Position numbers and translations under genes: made by a program
Notes under the pieces: model-generated
Databases searched by the model: none
What the model saw: the letters and a program-made list of their open reading frames with translations, nothing else
Told to the model about the DNA's origin: nothing
From: Phycisphaeraceae bacterium
GTDB taxonomy: Bacteria > Planctomycetota > Phycisphaerae > Phycisphaerales > Phycisphaeraceae
Length of the DNA: 64,000 nt
Assembly: GCA_963674705.1 (NCBI GenBank)
Contig: OY771506.1
Location: forward strand, 4,928,001 to 4,992,000
Reading direction: 5' to 3'
Shown: one piece after another, positions 40,015 to 48,759 of the stretch
Numbering within the stretch: the first letter of the stretch is position 1
Layout of the letters: each line of letters opens with the position of its first letter

Positions 40015-40569
40015 ATGCTTGAGTTGAAGTACTTTAGATACTCGTTCCTCCTGCTCCTCCTGAGTTGTCTTTTGCTGCTCATTGTAAGAGTACTTCAAGA
40101 CACATATAACCTAAGTGCGGCATGGATTTTTTTGCCGTTAGGGATTGGAACGATTGGAGTCATTGGGATTACATGGATTTCACCGTATATAGGCAGCTCT
40201 GACGCCTCTTATCTTTTCATCAGTTCACCAAAAGAAACTGTACGCTTTTTCAAATTACTAATCTGGGCAGTACCTTCATCCGTTGCGGTAAGTGCGCCTT
40301 GCATCCTGATATGTGAAGCTGTTTTCCCGAGTGACCTAACCACCACACAAATCGTAAGTATTTCTCTGGTATATTCTATACTTGCTATCACCTCATGTGT
40401 CATCAGTTATTATCTCTCAAAACCAATAGCGAGCAATGTTCGTGCACTAGCTATTACTCGACAACTCTGTTTCGAGTGTGGTTATGACCTGCGTTGTAAT
40501 CCTGACACATCGGCATGCCCGGAGTGTGGGGCGGAGGTGCCGCACATGGTTTCGGAGCAGGAAAGATAA
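40015..40569 (+). CDS. Hypothetical 4-TM protein with C-terminal zinc ribbon
   Basis: Hydrophobic helices then CFECGYDLR..CPECG; AT-rich body. Confidence 0.75.
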   Translation: MLELKYFRYSFLLLLLSCLLLLIVRVLQDTYNLSAAWIFLPLGIGTIGVIGITWISPYIGSSDASYLFISSPKETVRFFKLLIWAVPSSVAVSAPCILICEAVFPSDLTTTQIVSISLVYSILAITSCVISYYLSKPIASNVRALAITRQLCFECGYDLRCNPDTSACPECGAEVPHMVSEQER

Positions 40570-40577
40570 GGAAAACA

Positions 40578-41096
40578 ATGCAACTTTGGCCGAAAGAACG
40601 CTATCGACGCATATCGGTGTTGCTGATGGTATTACCATTACCGTTGGTAGCGCCCGTCATATTCGGATTGGTGCATTACGACAGAGGCCCCATACACAAG
40701 CTATGCGTCATACTCATTGCGTTACTTAATATTTCTGTCATCGCGGGCATTCTGGATGCCGCTTGGGTGTGTACTTATCTAGCGACCAATGACGACAATC
40801 ATGTGTTTGCTTACCCTCCCAAAGCCACGTTACGCCGATTTCTCTTTGGCGTCTGGCTGACACCTTTGCTTCTCGTTGCAGGTGGCTTCGCCGTCGTGGG
40901 CTGGGCCACCGTATTTGCATTCCTGGCTCTGATACCGTCAGCTTTCATCGGCCTTAAGCTGAAACCTCGCATGATCCGATTGGCACATAGACGCAAGCTG
41001 TGCTTTGATTGCGGCTACGACTTGCGCGGTAATCCCAATGCACAGACGTGCCCGGAGTGCGGGGCGGAGGTGCTGGACAAGCAGGAATCAAGCTGA
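40578..41096 (+). CDS. Hypothetical membrane protein with C-terminal zinc ribbon
   Basis: ATG at 40578 after AAGGA; TM helices then CFDCGYDLRGNP..CPECG. Confidence 0.75.
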   Translation: MQLWPKERYRRISVLLMVLPLPLVAPVIFGLVHYDRGPIHKLCVILIALLNISVIAGILDAAWVCTYLATNDDNHVFAYPPKATLRRFLFGVWLTPLLLVAGGFAVVGWATVFAFLALIPSAFIGLKLKPRMIRLAHRRKLCFDCGYDLRGNPNAQTCPECGAEVLDKQESS

Positions 41097-41189
41097 GTGA
41101 ATCAATACCACCCCGGACCACCCCGGCCAAAGCCCTGCGGGCTATGACCGGGCTTTGGGGTAATAGTAATCCCTACACCCCAAAATCCT

Positions 41190-41218
41190 ATCCTTGTTCA
41201 TCCGTGCCCATCCCTGTT
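41190..41218. repeat. Orphan right arm of the GATGAACAC repeat family
   Basis: Reverse complement matches 39292-39320 at 25/29. Confidence 0.75.
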
Positions 41219-41261
41219 CCATGCCTTGGCGATCCCTCCCCAGACCACCTACAATACTCTT

Positions 41262-41588
41262 ATGAGTGAATCGACATCAGATACGAAAAATCCCGTCCTG
41301 GAGACGGTGGAGCCGATTGGTAAGCGGGTGTTGATCCGCAAGGATCAGGACAAGAAGCAGACCAAGTCGGGCATCCACCTGCCGGACAAGATAGAGATCC
41401 CGACGCTGACCGGGCGGGTGGTGGAGGTCTCGGCCGAGGTGGCCAGCGACTCGAACTACCCGATCGTCCAGTACGACCGCGTGCTGTTCAACCCCAAGGA
41501 AGCGATTCCCGTCGACTTCGAGGGCGACAACCGCCTGTTCGTCGTCCCGGTCGAAAACATCGTCGCGGTGTTCCGGAAGGCGAAGTAG
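41262..41588 (+). CDS. GroES/Cpn10-like protein
   Basis: PIGKRVLI, TKSGIHLP, GRVVEV, DRVLF; no groEL adjacent. Confidence 0.82.
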   Translation: MSESTSDTKNPVLETVEPIGKRVLIRKDQDKKQTKSGIHLPDKIEIPTLTGRVVEVSAEVASDSNYPIVQYDRVLFNPKEAIPVDFEGDNRLFVVPVENIVAVFRKAK

Positions 41589-41603
41589 TACTTACTTATC
41601 ACC

Positions 41604-41654
41604 GAAACCCACGGATGCAATCCGTGGGACCCACCCATGCAATGGGTGGGCTTC
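41604..41654. repeat. Paired REP-like palindromes
   Basis: GAAACCCACGGATGCAATCCGTGGG followed by CCCACCCATGCAATGGGTGGGCTTC. Confidence 0.8.
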
Positions 41655-41678
41655 CATCACGACTCCCAACTAACGAAA

Positions 41679-43019
41679 ATGCCCAGCGACCCCATCACCA
41701 TCCAGCCGCTTGAGCAACCGTTCAACGTGACTTTCCCCGACCCCCGGAAGGAGATTCCAGCTATCCCCGGGTCGAAGAGCCTGACCAACCGCGCCCTGCT
41801 GCTGGCGGCGATGGCGGACGGCAAGAGCACACTCACCGGCGTGCTGTTTTCCGATGACAGCCGGGTGATGATCGAAGCGCTAAAGGACCTCGGCTTCACG
41901 CTCGAAGTCGACGAAGCCAGCCACACCGTCACCGTCCACGGCCAAGGCGGCAAGATCCCCGCAAAGAAAGCCGACCTGCACCTGGGCAACGCCGGCACCG
42001 CGATGCGCTTCCTCACCGCCGCTTGCTGTCTTGGCGAACCAGGAAGTGTTTATACGCTCGACGGCATCCCCCGCATGCGCGAAAGGCCGATCGGCGAACT
42101 GGTCGAACCGCTACGACAACTCGGCGCAAAGATCGAATACCTCGGCAACGAAGGCTATCCCCCACTGCGCATCACCGCTTGCGGCTTAGCGGGTGGACAC
42201 CTGAACATGAAGCCGACATTGAGCAGCCAGTTCATATCCGCATTGCTGCAGATCGGCCCGTGTCTTGAGTTGGGTATCAACATGTCGTTCGACGGCCCGC
42301 TTACGAGTGAGCCTTATGTCCGCATGACGTTGCAACTCATGTCGCAGTTCGGTGCAAATGTCGTTGATGGCTTAGCACAGAGGCGGGCCACCGCACAAGC
42401 CGGCGGTTATTCGCCGACCGATTATGTGGTTGAGCCTGACGCCAGCAACGCGAGTTACTTCTTCGCTGCGGCCGTCGCAATCCCCGGCAGCCGATGCGAG
42501 GTTGAACATCTCGGCACGACATGCCTGCAAGGTGATGTGAAGTTCGTCGATGAACTTGGCAAGATGGGCGCATCCATCGAATCGGCCGAGCAACAAACGG
42601 CCGCCTCTTCTTCGCTAACTTCGCGCCTTCGCGGTTACACGAATGACCTTAACAGCATCCCCGACGCCGCAATGACTATCGCCACGCTAGCCGTCCTCGC
42701 CGAGGGCCCGACCACGATCCGCAACGTCGGGAACTGGCGCGTCAAGGAAACCGACCGGATGGCGGCCATGCAGACCGAGTTGACCAAGCTCGGCGCGAAG
42801 GTCACAGTCAACGGTGACGACATCACGATCGAGCCTCCGGCCGGTGGTAAGATCACGCCCGCCGCGATCGATACGTATGATGACCACCGCATGGCTATGG
42901 CGTTTTCCGTCATCGGGCTTGCTCAGCCGGGCGTGACGATCAACGACCCGGACTGTGTCAACAAAACATTCCCCGACTTCTTCAAGTATCTTGAATACCT
43001 GAGACAGAACCCCGCTTGA
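41679..43019 (+). CDS. aroA: 3-phosphoshikimate 1-carboxyvinyltransferase
   Basis: PGSKSLTNR, GNAGTAMR, RMRERP, SSQF, RVKETDR, DDHRMAM, KTFP. Confidence 0.96.
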   Translation: MPSDPITIQPLEQPFNVTFPDPRKEIPAIPGSKSLTNRALLLAAMADGKSTLTGVLFSDDSRVMIEALKDLGFTLEVDEASHTVTVHGQGGKIPAKKADLHLGNAGTAMRFLTAACCLGEPGSVYTLDGIPRMRERPIGELVEPLRQLGAKIEYLGNEGYPPLRITACGLAGGHLNMKPTLSSQFISALLQIGPCLELGINMSFDGPLTSEPYVRMTLQLMSQFGANVVDGLAQRRATAQAGGYSPTDYVVEPDASNASYFFAAAVAIPGSRCEVEHLGTTCLQGDVKFVDELGKMGASIESAEQQTAASSSLTSRLRGYTNDLNSIPDAAMTIATLAVLAEGPTTIRNVGNWRVKETDRMAAMQTELTKLGAKVTVNGDDITIEPPAGGKITPAAIDTYDDHRMAMAFSVIGLAQPGVTINDPDCVNKTFPDFFKYLEYLRQNPA

Positions 43020-43026
43020 GAACCGT

Positions 43027-44889
43027 ATGAAACGTAGTGCCTTCTGGAAAACAACGCTCGAGCTGGTTCGCTACAAGAAACAGCTCGCTGTCGCGTTGGG
43101 CGGGGCGCTGGTGTCGGCGGCGTGCTTCGGTGCAGGCCTGAGCATGATGCTGCCGGTCTTCACGTTGTTTTTTAAGAGTGATGTGCAGGCGGAGCATCCG
43201 TTGAAAAGGCTGATCAATAATACATTGACAGGTGAGGGTGCTGAGCAGTGGCAACTTGATCTCGCGGCGTGGCTGAACGGGCACATCCCCGCGAGCGTGT
43301 TCTGGTCATTCGTCTTGATCATGGGGGTCATCGCCATCCTGACGACGATCGGCAGTTTTGGCCGGTACATTCATGAGTTGTTGTCGATCACCATCACACA
43401 GCAGGTGGCGGTCGCCTGGCGAGACAGGCTGTTCCGTAAGATGGTTGATGCGCCCGTGTCGTACTTTCTCGGGCAGAACGCATCGGATCACGCCAGCCGA
43501 GCGATGTTTGATAGCGGGGTGCTGGCCAGAGGGCACCTGGCGGTTTTAGGTAAGGCTTTGCCGGAAGTTCTCAAAGGTGCAGCGGCACTGTTTGTCGCGT
43601 TGTGGCTGGATGTACGGCTGACCATGCTGGCGCTGATCGCGGCGCCGCTGAGCGGGTTCGTGCTCTACCGTTTCGGGCGGAGCATTGAAAAAGCATCCAA
43701 GCGAGCTCTGCAGGAGCAGGCGGGGATGCTTAAAGCGGTCAACGAGGTGCTCGGTGCGTTACATGTGATTAAGACTCACGGCGCTGAGGGTTACGAACGA
43801 CGCCGATTCCGTCGACTGAATCGTCGGCTGTTCGATCAACAGATGCGGATGCGCCAGGCACGCGCGCTGGCATCGCCGGTGATTGAAACGTTAGGCTTGT
43901 TCTGCGTACTGATCGCGGCGCTGGTGGCGGCGTGGTACGTCTTTACACAGAACGTGCAGCCCGAGCGGTTCCTGACCGTGCTGTTAATGCTTGGCGCAGC
44001 TGGGGCAAGCCTCAAACCCTTGACAGCCTTGCACACGCAGATCAAGGAGGCCGACGCCGCAGCTCAACGCATGGTCGAAAGCACGCTGATCGAGGGCGAG
44101 CCGATCGGCCGTGACAAACGATCAGACCTCCCGGCAGTACCACGCCATCACAAGTCGATCGCGTTTGAGGATATCACCTACACCTACCGCGGCGCGGACA
44201 CGCCGGCGCTTAAGGGGATCAACTTACGGGCCGAGTTCGACCAGACCGTCGCAATCGTTGGAGGCAACGGTTCGGGCAAGACGACACTGCTGAACCTGCT
44301 GCCACGACTTACTTCGCCGGGTTCCGGACGTGTGTTGATCGATGACACGGATATTGCAGGGGTCAATCTCAAATCACTGCGTAGACAGATCGCGGTCGTG
44401 CCGCAGCAGAGCGTGTTGTTCGAGGGCACGATCGCGGACAACATCGCCTATGGCCTGCTGGATGCGAAACGAGAGAAGATCATTGAGGCGGCCAAGGCGG
44501 CGTTCGCCCATGAATTCATCGATATCCTGCCCTTCGGCTACGAGACCATGCTCGGTGAAGGCGGCTCAGGCCTGAGCGGTGGCCAGAAACAGCGCATCTG
44601 CATCGCCCGCGCGATCCTGCGCAACCCCGCGATCCTCATCCTCGACGAGGCAACCAGCCAGATCGACGCCGACTCCGAAGCCAAGATCAACCGCGCACTG
44701 GAAAACATCCGTGCCGGGCGGACAACCTTCATCATCGCTCACCGCTTGAGCACTGTCGTAGATAGCGACATCATTGTCGTCATGGACGCCGGTCGGATCG
44801 TCGACAGCGGCACACACGCCGAACTGCTCGAACGCTGCAAGATATACCAGACATTGACACACACGCAGTTGCAGCCGGCGAAGACTTAG
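43027..44889 (+). CDS. MsbA-like ABC exporter (fused TMD-NBD)
   Basis: Six-TM domain; GGNGSGKT, LSGGQ, LDEAT, IAHRLST. Confidence 0.93.
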   Translation: MKRSAFWKTTLELVRYKKQLAVALGGALVSAACFGAGLSMMLPVFTLFFKSDVQAEHPLKRLINNTLTGEGAEQWQLDLAAWLNGHIPASVFWSFVLIMGVIAILTTIGSFGRYIHELLSITITQQVAVAWRDRLFRKMVDAPVSYFLGQNASDHASRAMFDSGVLARGHLAVLGKALPEVLKGAAALFVALWLDVRLTMLALIAAPLSGFVLYRFGRSIEKASKRALQEQAGMLKAVNEVLGALHVIKTHGAEGYERRRFRRLNRRLFDQQMRMRQARALASPVIETLGLFCVLIAALVAAWYVFTQNVQPERFLTVLLMLGAAGASLKPLTALHTQIKEADAAAQRMVESTLIEGEPIGRDKRSDLPAVPRHHKSIAFEDITYTYRGADTPALKGINLRAEFDQTVAIVGGNGSGKTTLLNLLPRLTSPGSGRVLIDDTDIAGVNLKSLRRQIAVVPQQSVLFEGTIADNIAYGLLDAKREKIIEAAKAAFAHEFIDILPFGYETMLGEGGSGLSGGQKQRICIARAILRNPAILILDEATSQIDADSEAKINRALENIRAGRTTFIIAHRLSTVVDSDIIVVMDAGRIVDSGTHAELLERCKIYQTLTHTQLQPAKT

Positions 44890-44896
44890 AGGCGCC

Positions 44897-45061
44897 AACC
44901 ACAGAGGCACAGAGACACAGAGAAGAACGACAGCCCCGGGACCCCCTAGATGACTCAGCTCAAAAAGTTATTACGTACTTGTTTCAATTCTGATCTGTGT
45001 CATCTTCGCAACTCGCAGATAGCTCTTCCTGACTTCTCGGTGCTTCTGTGTCTCTGTGGTT
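44897..45061. repeat. Inverted 8-nt-period arm element (CACAGAG)
   Basis: 44897-44925 vs reverse complement of 45033-45061: 25/29; nested AGATGACTCAG / CTGTGTCATCT pair inside. Confidence 0.85.
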
Positions 45062-45858
45062 CAAATATCTGCAAGCAATATCGGGCCAACCGAGCATTCA
45101 CGCTGATCGAGTTGCTCGTTGTCATCAGCATCATCGCGATCCTGATCGGCATCCTGTTGCCGGCTCTGGGTGCCGCAAGACGCAGCGCGTACAACATCAC
45201 CTGCGCTCAGAACGAGCAACAGATCGGTGTTGGCCTCAACACGTATTCAGTGTCGAATAAAGGCGCCCTGGCGGTGAATCCCGCAGCGGGTCTGGATTTT
45301 GGTCGTGGTTACTTCGGGATCAGCCAGGCCACCAACGCGATTTACACCACCGGAAACGATGAGTTGATCGGCCTGGGCATGACGCTCGACAGCTACATCA
45401 CCGAACCACGTGCCATGTTCTGCCCGGCTGACGATTCCACCGATCCGACCGAAGAACTCGAATACATCAAGGACCGCAGCGAATCCGCGAGCTGTTCTTA
45501 CTACTACCGCCAACTCGACCGCACGACAAAAACATTGATCGACGATCTTGGCCAATCCAATCCCGGCCTGACAGCCTCCGCGCTGCTCGTTGACGCCAAC
45601 TCGCTACTGTCTTTCAACGAAGACTACTTCCGCACCAACCACCAGAACGCGATCGTCAACATCCTCTACAACGACGGGCACGTCGATTCACAAGCTAACA
45701 GCAACAACCAGACCGACGGCCTCTTCAGCATTCGCGACCAGGACTTCGGCGTTGATCCCACCGGCGGCCAGCGACTGGACGAGATCTTTATCACAGCAGA
45801 TTTTGCACCCGTAGGCAATCCCGCTGATGCGCCGGCGGCGGAAGATATGAGCCATTAG
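44950..45858 (+). CDS. Prepilin-type N-terminal cleavage/methylation protein with H-X9-DG motif (DUF1559-like)
   Basis: [34 protein letters not shown]....NILYNDGHV; start uncertain. Confidence 0.87.
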   Translation: MTQLKKLLRTCFNSDLCHLRNSQIALPDFSVLLCLCGSNICKQYRANRAFTLIELLVVISIIAILIGILLPALGAARRSAYNITCAQNEQQIGVGLNTYSVSNKGALAVNPAAGLDFGRGYFGISQATNAIYTTGNDELIGLGMTLDSYITEPRAMFCPADDSTDPTEELEYIKDRSESASCSYYYRQLDRTTKTLIDDLGQSNPGLTASALLVDANSLLSFNEDYFRTNHQNAIVNILYNDGHVDSQANSNNQTDGLFSIRDQDFGVDPTGGQRLDEIFITADFAPVGNPADAPAAEDMSH

Positions 45859-45912
45859 CCGTTAGCTATTAGCCATTATCACAGATTGAACACCTCACAT
45901 TGAACATCCAAC
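45850..45912 (+). repeat. Composite heptamer element (AGCCRTT)n-ACAGATTGAA-(CATTGAA-like)n
   Basis: Supplies the TAG of the upstream gene; second copy at 52830-52889; interrupted by IS3. Confidence 0.8.
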
Positions 45913-47182
45913 AGAGCTGGTCCCCAAATCTTGGACAGCCGGTTGGCCTGAATAAGGTGGGCCAACGGGTTTATGCCGCGGCCAGCGGCGGTCCGGTTAT
46001 AGGTTTTCCATCATACGCTTCGTCCGGCGTCCGTCCAGCGAGTGTCGAGTGCGGACGCTCGGTGTTGTAGAACCGCAGCCATTCATTGATCCCGGCGCGA
46101 GCTTCGCTGCCTCTGTCCCACGCGTGCAGGTACACGCATTCGTACTTCAGGCTCCGCCACAGACGTTCGATGAACACGTTGTCCATCCATCGGCCTTTGC
46201 CGTCCATCGATACCTTCGCGCCCGCGCTCTTCACTGTTTCGGTCCATTCCAGGCCGGTGAACTGGCTGCCCTGATCGGTGTTGATGATCTGCGGCGGGCC
46301 GTGCTTGCTCAGCGCTTCTTCCAACGCCTCGACGCAGAATGACGCTTCCATCGTGTTGCTCAATCGCCAGGCCAGCACCTTCCTGCTGTGCCAGTCCATG
46401 ACCGCAACGAGGTACAAAAAGCCGCGTCGCATCGGGATGTATGTGATGTCGGCGCACCACACATGACCCGGCTGATCAATCTTCAGATTCCGCAGCAGGT
46501 ACGGATACACCTTGTTTTCAAGGCATTTGACGCTGGTCTTCGGGGCCTGGTAGATCGGCGTCAAACCCATCTGGCGCATCAATCGACGCACACGCTTGCG
46601 GCCGACGTTGTAGCCAAGCCGACGCAACCAACGCATCATCTGCCGGCTGCCGTAGAACGGCGTGCACAGGAACTGTCGGTCGATCAGACGCATCAGCTTC
46701 AGGTTCAACGGGCTCTCGCCTTTGCCTGAAAAGTAAAACGACGATCGGCTGATCGACACCAGCCCACACTGACGCACGATGCTCAGCTCGGGGTGCTTGG
46801 GTTCGACCATGTCGCAGCGGCGGCCGTGGCTCAAAGCCCCAACCCTTTTTTTAAAAAGTCCTTCTCGATGGTCAGCTCGCCGATCTTCGCGTGCAGCTCT
46901 TTGATCTGCTCGTCGGATGCCTGCGGGTCCTTGCCGCCGCCACGGGCAAAAAGCTGGGCCGCCTCCTGTGCCAGCAGCTTCTTCCACCCGCCGATCATGT
47001 TCGGATGCACGTCGTACTTCTTGGCGATCTCCGCCACCGTCAACTCGCCACGCAGCGCCTCCAGCGCCACCTTCGCCTTGAATTCAGCCGTAAATCGTCG
47101 TCGCTTGCTCATCAAGTAAGTCCTTTCAAATCTGCAGACCAGCCCACTTTAACCGGCTGTCCAAGATTTGGGGACCAGCTCT
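45913..47182 (-). mobile_element. IS3-family insertion sequence, 1270 bp
   Basis: Perfect 32-bp terminal IRs (45913-45944 / 47151-47182); CAAC direct repeats at 45909-45912 and 47183-47186; orfA and orfB. Confidence 0.95.
45971..47112 (-). CDS. IS3-family transposase OrfAB (orfA 47112-46831 plus orfB by -1 frameshift)
   Basis: OrfA HTH FTAEFKAKVALEA; OrfB WCADITYI, NTDQGSQF, DNVFIERLWRSLKYE; A7G slippery site at 46845-46852. Confidence 0.92.
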
Positions 47183-47262
47183 CAACATCCAAACCGCCCG
47201 GACCTTCGCGTCGCTCAGGACCGGCGTTGGAGAAAATGAAATCATGGATCATCAATCTTTTT

Positions 47263-47297
47263 ACCCTACACCCCACACCCTAAACCCTACACCCTAA
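47263..47297. repeat. (ACCCYAM)x5 heptamer tract overlapping the MBL gene stop
   Basis: ACCCTAC ACCCCAC ACCCTAA ACCCTAC ACCCTAA; encodes the last residues LGCRV*. Confidence 0.88.
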
Positions 47298-48248
47298 CTT
47301 CATCTGCGCTCTCTGCCCTGCACCCAACGGCTTGATATTGATCCACCGCGTTCTTCGCCGTTGCTCGGTCAGCGTGATGCGTGGATGCAACTCGCTATCG
47401 CGTTCAAACACACGCCGGACCTTCATCGGGTGGTTGCACTGGCTGGAGCGGTGCAGCAACACGACGTGGCGCGGGTTGCCTGCCGGACTCGCATCGGCGA
47501 TCGCTCGGACCGCTTCGAAGCTCTGCTCATTTGAAAGGTGCCCCGAGTCGGACATGTTCCGGCGGTTGACCCAACTCGGTCGCGAACTGGTGCGTGTCAT
47601 GTGCTCGTCATAGTTGCACTCGATACAGAGGATGTCGACGCCCGCGAGATGCTTTATCAGCTTCGCAGGGGCGTGCCCGAGGTCCGTGGCGTAGCCGATA
47701 CTCATGTCGGGGGTATCGAAGCGGTAGCCGATCGTGCCCTGCCGATCGTGCTGCAGACGGACGGTCGACGCGGCCAAGCCCGGCATCGGCTCGAAGGGCT
47801 GCGATTCGAACATCTGAGCCAGACCTGCATCGCGCAACTCAGCCCCACCGGGCAGGTGCATCAATTCGGCGAAGTGCCAGCTATGCACGAAAACCGGGAT
47901 CCCGAGTTTTAGTAATGTTGCGGTCCAGGTCTTGCGGAAGTGGTCCTGATCGAGATGCGTCAGGCAAACCGCCTCAAGGTCCGTAAGGGTTAGCCCGGCC
48001 TGTTGCAATCGCTTATCGGTCGTTCGCGGGCCGAATCCGGCGTCGATCAGCATCGCCGATTTTCCCCAGCGCAAGACCGTTGCGTTCCCCCCGCTGCCGC
48101 TGCCGAGTACACATATACCCAGCAAATCACTGGGTTTACGCTCGGGCTGTTTTTTCATCCGCGCCACCACCGATACCAGCGAGCTTTGCTGCTCCCCGAC
48201 GAACAAGGGCATCTGGTTGAGGCGCTTATCGGACATCAGAGCTTTCAC
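47280..48248 (-). CDS. MBL-fold metallo-hydrolase (YycJ/WalJ-like)
   Basis: LGSGSGGN, LIDAG, THLDQDH, ATDLG, IECNYD, GHLSN, LLHRS; true start probably downstream of the ORF start. Confidence 0.85.
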   Translation of the reverse strand: MKALMSDKRLNQMPLFVGEQQSSLVSVVARMKKQPERKPSDLLGICVLGSGSGGNATVLRWGKSAMLIDAGFGPRTTDKRLQQAGLTLTDLEAVCLTHLDQDHFRKTWTATLLKLGIPVFVHSWHFAELMHLPGGAELRDAGLAQMFESQPFEPMPGLAASTVRLQHDRQGTIGYRFDTPDMSIGYATDLGHAPAKLIKHLAGVDILCIECNYDEHMTRTSSRPSWVNRRNMSDSGHLSNEQSFEAVRAIADASPAGNPRHVVLLHRSSQCNHPMKVRRVFERDSELHPRITLTEQRRRTRWINIKPLGAGQRAQMKLGCRV

Positions 48249-48489
48249 TTGTCTTGACCACTTTCAACCGTATAATCCTCATAGTCGCTTCAAGCGAGAA
48301 CCTGGTCAACCGATCTTGTTTGCATATCATCCGGTTTGTATTGGATGCTTGTAACAGGTCCGAATAATGGTTGGCCCGACCTCGCCGATGGCAACGCAAC
48401 ACAAGTGGGGAGTGATTGCACGGAACCGAGGTCGTAAGCCGATGTCAGGTTTACGCGAGTTGTGTATCACCAACCTTTGGGAACTGCGC

Positions 48490-48759
48490 ATGCGACGTTT
48501 GATATTCGGAATCAGCCTGTCAGTAGTAGCCGTCACCGGCGTCGGATGTGCCTCCAGCCGGACCCCGAATGTCGTCATCGCACCCTCGTATTCATACGTT
48601 CAAGCTGACATCGCCAATGGCGTATCAGATACGCAGCAAGTAGTTGCCACAGCCGCACCCGCCCGCCTCAGTAGCGCCACCCACAAACTCCCGCCTCTGC
48701 CTGCCGCTCCCGGCTTCGATACCTACGTGATGGCACCGACCAACATACCGATCGATTAG
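48490..48759 (+). CDS. Small hypothetical lipoprotein
   Basis: MRRLIFG.. hydrophobic core and GVGC lipobox; stop coincides with the IS630 target TA. Confidence 0.6.
   Translation: MRRLIFGISLSVVAVTGVGCASSRTPNVVIAPSYSYVQADIANGVSDTQQVVATAAPARLSSATHKLPPLPAAPGFDTYVMAPTNIPID

Noticed and set aside
47280..48248. MBL-fold protein as a metallo-beta-lactamase or defence nuclease
   Set aside because: Motifs match the housekeeping YycJ/WalJ-like group and there are no defence genes nearby.
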